Source of the DNA: Gammaproteobacteria bacterium
GTDB lineage: Bacteria; Pseudomonadota; Gammaproteobacteria; Acidiferrobacterales; SZUA-150
Reading direction: 5' to 3'
Assembly: GCA_029880545.1 (NCBI GenBank)
Contig: JAOUOD010000002.1
Location: 113,827-177,826 of the forward strand
DNA: 64,000 nt
In this document: positions 43,786 through 51,005 of the stretch, in pieces
Position numbering within the stretch: the stretch's first letter is position 1
How the letters are laid out: every line of letters starts with the position of its first letter
The notes under the pieces: generated by a model
Databases searched by the model: none
The model's input: only the letters and a program-made list of their open reading frames with translations
Told to the model about the DNA's origin: nothing
Made by a program: the position numbers and the translations under genes

Positions 43786-46530
43786 CTACGGTATACACTG
43801 AACTTCGAGGTTCTCGAACCATACGATATCCCTGTTTCCCAATGCACCGGAACTCATGATGCGCAAGTGAGCGGTGTTGCCGATAAAACTGCTGATATCA
43901 ATCGCGACCGACGAATAGCCGGGGTCATTGGCCAGACCCTGATGTCGTGCCAACTCGGTCCACGGTCCGCTTGCCCCGTCTGCGGAAATTTCCACGATTG
44001 CATAGTCATTGGCATTGTCCAGCAACTCGCGACGGACGTCATAACGCAACGTCGCAGTCGCGGCACCACCAAGGTCCAGGGCACGCATCACCCCTTTCCC
44101 GCCGCTTTGGATGCGTAACTGGTAGTTACTGATGTCCTTAAAGAAACCGATATCGCCGGATTTCACTCCATCCGCCTCCCCTACTTCAATCCACGGACTG
44201 GTCGACCAGTCTATGGTGCCGGTGCTGTTGGCAAAATCCTGCCTGTCAAAAGCATCCGCGTAGGTGCCGTTACAGATGAACGACTCACCACCGCCACCAC
44301 CGCCTGACCCGCTGCCCTCGAACACCTCAATGCGCACGCTATCCATGTAAAATTCGCCGGTGAAGGTGCCGCCGGTGACAAACCGAATGCGAGTGCCGTC
44401 GACAAGATAAGCACCCAGGTCATACGTCTGCGAGGCTACATAGTCCGCATCATTTCCTGTCGTAATATTTGGACTCGCGTTCTTCCAGATCCCCTGGACG
44501 GCATCATAGATTTGCAGCCTCACTTCGGCGCCGGTATTGGCGCGCCGGTAATCGAAGCGGAGCTTGGCCGTGGCATATTTGCCCAGGTCAATCTGGCGCT
44601 CAACCGAGCGAGACATACCGGTCAACCTCAGGCGATTGCCGCCTGGGTCGGCATATAGCGGGTCATCCATGGCCTGGATATCGCCACTGCAGGCGCTGCC
44701 ATCGTCACTGTTTTCAATCCAGCCGTAGGCAGTCCAGTCCAGTGAGCCATTACTGCCGTGGTACTCCTGGGCTGAACCACAGGTGAAGTCAGAAAATTCA
44801 TCCAGGTAGTGTTCCAGTACACCGGTACCCTGCTCCAGGTAACGCACCAGGTTGGCCTGGTCATCCAGCACCACGTGGTCGCAGGTCAAGGGATTGATAC
44901 TGACACCCTCGGCAAAGCTCACCCCGAATGAGGTCAGGTCATAATCACGCAACAGGTTGCCACTAAAATCATAAATCGAGACGTGGTCGGTATAACTAAC
45001 CATAATCTTGTCGGTACCGGGCATGTGCACCAGGTCCACCACGCCCTGGGGAGTTGCATCATTCACCGAAAAACTGGTAATGGTTGTGCCGGTCTGGCTC
45101 ATGATGTGCAAAATTTCCTGCGAAGGTTCGAGGAACATGAGCTGCTCATCGTAGCTGCCCGATGCGGTTTTGCCGATATAGGCAATGGCCTTCACCTGGC
45201 TGACAAAGCTGATGTTAACGGCAAACTGGCTGGCACCATCCAAACTCATAAACACCAGCGTACTGCCGGCACCGTTCATGACCAGGTGATTGGCAAACAA
45301 GCCACCGGCCACGTAACCATGACCGTTAAAGTTACCACCGGTGGGTAGCTCACTGAGCAGGGTACCGGCCATATCAAACAGGTAAATACGCGCGGTGGTG
45401 GTGTCAATGGTGGTCCAGGCACCCTCGGCCGGCACGGTGACGCCGTTAAACACCGTGCCTTCAGGTAAAAACACGATACTGCGCGGGTTGTTGGAACCGC
45501 TGAACGACACACTGTAGTTCTTGAATTCAAAACTGGGGGTGTAATCGGCATCACAGGCTACAGGAGCGGGCGTCGCACATACCTTGCCGCACTCGCAGGC
45601 ATAATGAATGGTCAGCCTGGGGTGTTTGCTGGCATCGGCGGCATCACTGCTGTCGAACTCGGCGCCCTCATTCAGGGCCGTGGCCCGCAGCATCAGGCCA
45701 TGATTATCGTATTTGCCATCGACCCATTCCTGCACCAGCTTGGTCACATCCCAGCTGACCCAGCCCACCGCACCCGGGGTGACTGCCGTGCCATAGACTT
45801 TATTGTCAAAGTCCCCCCCGGCCGCGGACCAGGCCTGGCCGGACTGGGCGCTGTTCCAGCTGGCCTCACCGGTGGAATTATTCTGACCACCCTCATCCCA
45901 GTTACGGGTCATGCGGTGAATATTCAGCGTGGCGGGTGACCAGCTAGTCGTATTCGAATACAGTTCCAGCGTCGCCGACAGCACCTGGCTGCCGGCGGCA
46001 ACGGCGCCCAGATCAAATTTCATCAGGCCGCGGTGATAATCCCCCCACCAGCCGTTAACATGAATCTCATCGTCGATACCGTAATTTCTGCCAGCAAACC
46101 ACTGACGGATATACGTGTCTTTGGCCTCGGCGGCACCGGGCTGCAACACCAGCGTGTTCATGGATTCAAGCACCCTGAACTGATCATGGCGAATGGTGTG
46201 TATTGCACCGCTGGCGGTTTGCGCCTTCACCAGCATGTTCACCGGCGAGCCGTTATCCGGCGTAAAGACGGCCGAGTAACTGCCGCCGGCAAAGCTGGTT
46301 TGCGGCAACGCGTAGGCTGTGCAACCGGCACTATTGCTTTGCCAGTGCGCATGTTGCATACCGGCCTCGGCAATATACCGCGCTTGCAATTTCTGCCCCT
46401 GCAGGGATACGTTATTCAGACCCATGGCCGACTGCTGGCCCAACAACATGCCGATAGAGGCCAGCAAAAACAACGTGACCACTACGGTGATGAGCACATA
46501 ACCTTGCTGTTTATTGATCGCGGTGTTCAT
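43786..46530 (-). CDS. 914-aa PilX/GspK-like minor pseudopilin fused to DNRLRE-like, beta-rich and tandem C-terminal domains
   Basis: The N-terminus KQQGYVLITVVVTLFLLASIGMLLG is a pilin-like hydrophobic helix without Glu5, as in GspK/PilX. Residues ~125-310 resemble a DNRLRE domain (RGLMKFDLGAV..GSQVLSATLELY...LNIHRMTRNWDEG...WDVTKLVQEWV). A poly-Gly linker (GSGSGGGGGGE) separates two related ~155-aa C-terminal units. Confidence 0.8.
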   Translation of the reverse strand: MNTAINKQQGYVLITVVVTLFLLASIGMLLGQQSAMGLNNVSLQGQKLQARYIAEAGMQHAHWQSNSAGCTAYALPQTSFAGGSYSAVFTPDNGSPVNMLVKAQTASGAIHTIRHDQFRVLESMNTLVLQPGAAEAKDTYIRQWFAGRNYGIDDEIHVNGWWGDYHRGLMKFDLGAVAAGSQVLSATLELYSNTTSWSPATLNIHRMTRNWDEGGQNNSTGEASWNSAQSGQAWSAAGGDFDNKVYGTAVTPGAVGWVSWDVTKLVQEWVDGKYDNHGLMLRATALNEGAEFDSSDAADASKHPRLTIHYACECGKVCATPAPVACDADYTPSFEFKNYSVSFSGSNNPRSIVFLPEGTVFNGVTVPAEGAWTTIDTTTARIYLFDMAGTLLSELPTGGNFNGHGYVAGGLFANHLVMNGAGSTLVFMSLDGASQFAVNISFVSQVKAIAYIGKTASGSYDEQLMFLEPSQEILHIMSQTGTTITSFSVNDATPQGVVDLVHMPGTDKIMVSYTDHVSIYDFSGNLLRDYDLTSFGVSFAEGVSINPLTCDHVVLDDQANLVRYLEQGTGVLEHYLDEFSDFTCGSAQEYHGSNGSLDWTAYGWIENSDDGSACSGDIQAMDDPLYADPGGNRLRLTGMSRSVERQIDLGKYATAKLRFDYRRANTGAEVRLQIYDAVQGIWKNASPNITTGNDADYVASQTYDLGAYLVDGTRIRFVTGGTFTGEFYMDSVRIEVFEGSGSGGGGGGESFICNGTYADAFDRQDFANSTGTIDWSTSPWIEVGEADGVKSGDIGFFKDISNYQLRIQSGGKGVMRALDLGGAATATLRYDVRRELLDNANDYAIVEISADGASGPWTELARHQGLANDPGYSSVAIDISSFIGNTAHLRIMSSGALGNRDIVWFENLEVQCIP

Positions 46531-46556
46531 GCAGAAAGACGGTTATGGTTAACTGG

Positions 46557-46862
46557 TTAAAGAATCAATGCCGCCCAGAAAGCCGAAGCAATCACCAGCA
46601 AAATGAATCCGGTGGCACGCGGGTTACGCTCTGTCCAGGCATCCCAGACAATGGCCCTGCCGGCAACAGTGCGGTTCATGCGGTTTTCCAGTTGCTGCTC
46701 ACCCGGCACACCCAGGCGCAAGGCCGCGATCATGCGCTCGCCCCAGGGTTGATTGAGTGTGCGCTGTAGCCGCAACGACCACTGCGGCAAAAACAGGTAC
46801 AGGCATGCAACAACAGTTACCGGCAATGCAACGAGGAACAATATGGTTTCGTTAAGGTTCAT
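46557..46862 (-). CDS. small two-TM membrane protein (unknown)
   Basis: 101 aa with a strong AAGGAG RBS 5 nt upstream of the ATG. It has hydrophobic N- and C-terminal helices and lies between pseudopilin genes. Confidence 0.55.
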   Translation of the reverse strand: MNLNETILFLVALPVTVVACLYLFLPQWSLRLQRTLNQPWGERMIAALRLGVPGEQQLENRMNRTVAGRAIVWDAWTERNPRATGFILLVIASAFWAALIL

Positions 46863-46913
46863 GAGTTACTCCTTTCAGGAAGTCTGGCTTGCGTATATGG
46901 CTGAATTCATCCG

Positions 46914-47945
46914 TCAATGACCGGCAACACGCACCCTTGTCTGTACACTCACCACTTCACCGTTCACCGGGCTGGTCAATTCCAGCAGCAGGTCCACCAG
47001 CACGGTTTGCCCGGCGGCTACCGGGACGCGTTCCACCCGAAAGCGGCTGACATGTTCAGCAATGACGTGCTCGGTGAAATCCTTTCCGGTCAAGACGCCG
47101 TCACCATCTTGATCCGCCAGTGACGGCAGGCGCTCAATCAACTTGCTGCCACTGAGGTAATACACCACCGGGTCGGGCCAGTCCTCGTTATGGCTGCCGT
47201 CTTCATCATCATCGTTCAGATTGCCTTCATCGACGGTGCCGTCCAGGTCATCATCCACCCCTGCCACGCCGGGCGAACCGTCGTGGCTGATATCGCCCTT
47301 GCTGTCTTCGTCGACGGAACCGTCACCGTCATCATCCTCGCCGTTGTTGACATCTTCTGTTTGCTGACCATCTTCGTCATCATCCACCCAGACACCGGCG
47401 TTGGGCGCGGCGCCATCATCAATCGTGCCATTACCGTTATCATCAATGCCGATAATGCCGTTCTTGCCGTCGTTGCTGGCATCGGCACCGGGGTCTTCAT
47501 CAATGCGTTCCGGTTCACCGGGATCACGGATGCCATTGTTATTCCGATCCAGGAAATCCCTGTCATTATTGGCATCGGCCCAGCCGTCGCGGTCGCGGTC
47601 GATGGATGGCGGCAACGTCACGGCCAGTACCGCGCTGGCAAAGGTGCTGCTGCCTTCCGGCACTGACGCCGGAAGGGTTTGTTCGCGCACATGTTCGCGC
47701 CAGTTGGTGGCCGGGTTATCCGCCAGTGGCAACAACAGTCGGCGCGAACCCAGTACCGAATCAGTCATGCGCTGCATGGCAAAGGCTGCCTGCTGTGCCA
47801 GCGTATTGGCATCACTTGCCTGTTGTTGTGCCTGCAGGCCCTGGCTGACCACGCCCGCCAGGCCACTCATTAACAATCCGGCCATTACCAGCGTAATGAG
47901 CAACTCCGGCATGGTCATGCCGCCTTGTCGACGGGCCGCAATCAT
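46914..47945 (-). CDS. minor pseudopilin (GspJ/PilW-like) with large Asp-rich Ca2+-binding-type repeat insertion
   Basis: The prepilin leader is MIAARRQGG|MTMPELLITLVMAGLL, with Glu at +5. Residues ~115-287 carry repeated DxDxDG-type motifs (DRDRDGWADANNDRD, DDNGNGTIDD, DDDGDGSVDED, DDDLDGTVDE, DQDGDGVLT). Confidence 0.8.
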   Translation of the reverse strand: MIAARRQGGMTMPELLITLVMAGLLMSGLAGVVSQGLQAQQQASDANTLAQQAAFAMQRMTDSVLGSRRLLLPLADNPATNWREHVREQTLPASVPEGSSTFASAVLAVTLPPSIDRDRDGWADANNDRDFLDRNNNGIRDPGEPERIDEDPGADASNDGKNGIIGIDDNGNGTIDDGAAPNAGVWVDDDEDGQQTEDVNNGEDDDGDGSVDEDSKGDISHDGSPGVAGVDDDLDGTVDEGNLNDDDEDGSHNEDWPDPVVYYLSGSKLIERLPSLADQDGDGVLTGKDFTEHVIAEHVSRFRVERVPVAAGQTVLVDLLLELTSPVNGEVVSVQTRVRVAGH

Positions 47946-48424
47946 CAGTGCCGCATACCGGTCATGGTTTCCATGGCCATGCTGGTGCCTTCAATCTCCA
48001 CGCGCAGCCACAAGGAATGAATCTTCACCTCGTGACCGGTATAGGGATTGCCGTCACCGTCAATGTCCGGGTCCATGATGGTGAAGGGATTGCTGTCGCC
48101 GTCCGTATTGCCAAAATCATAAAATGACAGGTACACCAGCCGGCGTCGCTCACTGCCGGCGCTGTCGGAATAACTGGTGGGCGTATTCTTGTTGTTGAGA
48201 CTTGCCGCTTCCGCTTTCAGAACAGCGAAAGGTTGTGCCAATATTTCCTCAGCACGCTGCAACAGGTGATACTGGTCGGTCACGGCAGACTGGTGCATCC
48301 CGGACCCCGTCACGCCTGTTTGAATGGCATCCAGCATGGGAACGAGCGCAATGCTCAATAGCACGGTAGCAACAAGAACCTCGATGATGCTGAGACCGGC
48401 CTGCCGCCTGGCATTGATGCGCAT
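47945..48424 (-). CDS. minor pseudopilin (GspI/PilV-like)
   Basis: The prepilin leader is MRINARRQAG|LSIIEVLVATVLLSIAL. It also carries DPDIDGDGNPYT. Confidence 0.8.
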   Translation of the reverse strand: MRINARRQAGLSIIEVLVATVLLSIALVPMLDAIQTGVTGSGMHQSAVTDQYHLLQRAEEILAQPFAVLKAEAASLNNKNTPTSYSDSAGSERRRLVYLSFYDFGNTDGDSNPFTIMDPDIDGDGNPYTGHEVKIHSLWLRVEIEGTSMAMETMTGMRH

Positions 48425-48438
48425 GCGAGCCCCCGTCT

Positions 48439-48987
48439 CTAGCTAATGGTTACCCTGCCACTTCTGCCATTAAGCGTGACGGTGCGACTGAACCCGTCGA
48501 GCGACAACACAACCTTGAACTCCCTGACTGCCGTGGTGTCCGGGTTGGTGCACCAGGCCATGCCCTGGCTGTCGAAATACAGTTGATCCATGGCGTTGCA
48601 CGAACCTATATGGACAACAGACTGGGAATTATTACTTACTGCAGCCGATGGAATGGCGGATACATCAATGTCATAAAGCTTTTTGCTGACAGGATGGTAA
48701 ATGTCATAGACCGGCGCCCAGGGAGACATCGCAGTATTGATGTTGAATACGCGCATCCTGTAGCTGGAACTCTCGTAGACGTAACCCACCGGGCTGCCCA
48801 TGCTGATAGCGCGATTCCGTGCATACCGCAATGCCTGGGCCACCTCTTCCGCAGCCACTTCCAGCCTTGCCGGATTGGTAGCTGCGAAATTCGGGGTGAC
48901 AACTGACGCTGCAAGACCCAGGACGATCACAACTGCAAGCATCTCGATCAGCGAAATCCCGGCCTGTTTTTTCAATAACATAAACAA
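48439..48987 (-). CDS. minor pseudopilin (GspH/FimT-like)
   Basis: The prepilin leader is MFMLLKKQAG|ISLIEMLAVVIVLGLAA. ...LEVAAEEVAQALRYARNRAI is typical of the GspH/FimT family. Confidence 0.8.
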   Translation of the reverse strand: MFMLLKKQAGISLIEMLAVVIVLGLAASVVTPNFAATNPARLEVAAEEVAQALRYARNRAISMGSPVGYVYESSSYRMRVFNINTAMSPWAPVYDIYHPVSKKLYDIDVSAIPSAAVSNNSQSVVHIGSCNAMDQLYFDSQGMAWCTNPDTTAVREFKVVLSLDGFSRTVTLNGRSGRVTIS

Positions 48988-49017
48988 ATCCTGTCGGCAG
49001 TCAGCAACATTTGCCGT

Positions 49018-49554
49018 TTAATGATCATCATAAGCCGCGTCATCGGCAATGAACTGGCCGGTGACATTATCAAATTTCCAGCCTGCCCCGACTGCAGCAC
49101 CGGTCATTCCGAGTGCACCGGCAGTAGATACAACCAGCGTATTGACGTCGGTAAGAGGATTGTTCGGCAGCAAGTCTTTCTTGAGATAAGGACCATACTT
49201 GAAGATCGCATCACGGGTGGTGCAAGACTGTCCTGCGGAATTCGTATAACGTGTCATCTGGTCGACAAACGACTGCACCGTATTGATTGCACCTGTTCCT
49301 GCTGCACCGCCACCCGGGCAGGTAGCGCCGGTTGCTGCGGCGGCACTCGGGTACTTGCCATGCTGCTGGTAATACAAATCAATTGCGCCGCGCATGTTGG
49401 CGAGCGTCGAATCCAGGGCCGACAGTTTTGCATCGTCGGTAGAAGATGCGAACTGCGGTACGACAATAGCAGCCAGAATCGCCAAAATGATTACCACAAT
49501 CAGCAGCTCTACCAGCGTAAAGCCCTGTTCCATCCTAAACATCAACTTTTTCAT
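49018..49554 (-). CDS. major pseudopilin, GspG-like
   Basis: MKKLMFRMEQG|FTLVELLIVVIILAILAAIVVPQF is followed by ...LANMRGAIDLYYQQHGKYP, which resembles the GspG/PulG motif (Y..d.G.YP). It is the first pilin gene after the platform gene. Confidence 0.85.
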   Translation of the reverse strand: MKKLMFRMEQGFTLVELLIVVIILAILAAIVVPQFASSTDDAKLSALDSTLANMRGAIDLYYQQHGKYPSAAAATGATCPGGGAAGTGAINTVQSFVDQMTRYTNSAGQSCTTRDAIFKYGPYLKKDLLPNNPLTDVNTLVVSTAGALGMTGAAVGAGWKFDNVTGQFIADDAAYDDH

Positions 49555-49817
49555 GTCAAAACCCCTGTTAATTAGCATCCACGAAACAGACAGGGCATTG
49601 TCCCAAGTTCTGTTCCCAACGAATATCGGTAACTCCTATTGCTACTTTATGTTCAAACGGGGAGAAAACAAGGCGTATAACATTAAATAACAATCTGAAT
49701 ATTTCGCTTTATCAATTTCACGGTAAATGTATTTTTTTGTGAAAATATTTTCCGGCAATACCCTTTGCCGTGTTCAGAACATGAACAATGCAATCCCGAG
49801 GCAATAATTTTTCACAA

Positions 49818-51005
49818 TCAATGCACCGCGCGAGAAAGCTTGAAAATAGGAAGGATTAGTGAACTTACGAGCAACCCGACAACCAGTCCCATGACGATCA
49901 ACATCAGCGGTTCTGCCAGTCTTGCCAGTGTCTTTAACTGCTTGGACAACTCGCGGTCATAATAGTCAGAAATCCTGGCCATAACCAGGGGCAGGCTGCC
50001 GGTTTCTTCGCCGGTTTTTACCATTTGCCTGACAACGGGAGGAATGAACTTGCTGTTGCTGAACTCCGGGCCGATTCCCTTGCCATCCTGGACGCCGTTT
50101 TGCATTCTCGTTATAAACTGCTGGAAAACGCTGTTTTGAACCACGCCCCTGCAGGAGTTCAGGGTGTCCACAATACCGACTCCATTTGCCAGCGATGTTC
50201 CCATAACTCGCAGGAACTGGCTCAGGTATATTTTTACAAATACGTCCTTTAACACAGGTATGCTGAGTTTTGCCCTGTCAAGTTGCAAGCGTCCTGATTC
50301 TGTTTGCATCCAGTAGCGTATTAACGCAAGGATTCCGAATATTGCCGCGATCACAAACACCCAGTAATGCCGCAAGATGTCGCTGGCTCGCATAAGCACT
50401 ATGGTTGATAGCGGTAACTGATCGGCGATTGCCTTGAACATGTCCTCGAACTTGGGAAACACGACGACCAGGACAAACGCCACCACCGCCAGGGAAAACA
50501 ACACAAGAAAAATCGGGTATGACATGGCTGACATTACCGTGCTTCGCATCTGCTGCTGCTTTTCATCAATGTCGTAGAGCTGGACCAGAACCTTGTCCAT
50601 AAATCCGCCGTTCTCACTGGCGGCAACCAGGTTTACATAAGACGGGGGAAACAGTTCGGGATGATTTGACAACGCAAACGAGAATGATTTTCCTTCGGAA
50701 ATTGCGGCACACATCGACTCGAGCATGGCGACATATGACTGATCCTCGGATTGACTCTTCATCGCTTCCAGTGCCGGTACCAGGCTTACGCCGGTACTGA
50801 GCAGCAGGGATAACTGTTCGGTGAAAAACATCCTGTCTGTAACTTGCAGGCTCCTGGGCCGGCGAAACGAAGCCTCCAGGGATGCAAGCAACCCGCTTAC
50901 ATTCAAGTCCGCGCGCTGGCTGCCCGTGTTTTTGCTGTCGATTGGCACGGCGGGACTCCTAGATGTTAATCGATCTCGATATTTCTTCCAGCGTGGTTTC
51001 ACCAC
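49818..51005 (-). CDS. GspF/PilC-family inner-membrane platform protein
   Basis: 395 aa with two T2SS-F repeats (FFTEQLSLLLSTGVSLVPALEAM... and FLRVMGTSLANGVGIVDTLNS...). The C-terminus ends with a PLMLIVMGLVVGLLVSSLILPIF helix. Confidence 0.9.
   Translation of the reverse strand: MVKPRWKKYRDRLTSRSPAVPIDSKNTGSQRADLNVSGLLASLEASFRRPRSLQVTDRMFFTEQLSLLLSTGVSLVPALEAMKSQSEDQSYVAMLESMCAAISEGKSFSFALSNHPELFPPSYVNLVAASENGGFMDKVLVQLYDIDEKQQQMRSTVMSAMSYPIFLVLFSLAVVAFVLVVVFPKFEDMFKAIADQLPLSTIVLMRASDILRHYWVFVIAAIFGILALIRYWMQTESGRLQLDRAKLSIPVLKDVFVKIYLSQFLRVMGTSLANGVGIVDTLNSCRGVVQNSVFQQFITRMQNGVQDGKGIGPEFSNSKFIPPVVRQMVKTGEETGSLPLVMARISDYYDRELSKQLKTLARLAEPLMLIVMGLVVGLLVSSLILPIFKLSRAVH

Noticed and set aside
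43762-43786. Hairpin TATCGC-CCATA-GCGATA followed by an A-run just after the stop of the 914-aa gene.
   Set aside because: On the coding (minus) strand the T-run precedes the stem rather than following it, and on the plus strand an A-run follows the stem. It is therefore not a canonical intrinsic terminator in either direction.
47190-48078. Plus-strand ORFs of 158 and 225 aa across the Asp-rich pseudopilin region.
   Set aside because: They are generated by the low-complexity GAY/GGC repeat DNA, which lacks stop codons in several frames. The minus-strand frame has a bona fide prepilin leader.
49781-49800. Sigma-54-like sequence on the minus strand (TTGCCTCGGGATTGCA) upstream of the pseudopilin gene.
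   Set aside because: The -12 TTGCA is good, but the invariant -24 GG is TG. No enhancer-binding protein is encoded in this locus.
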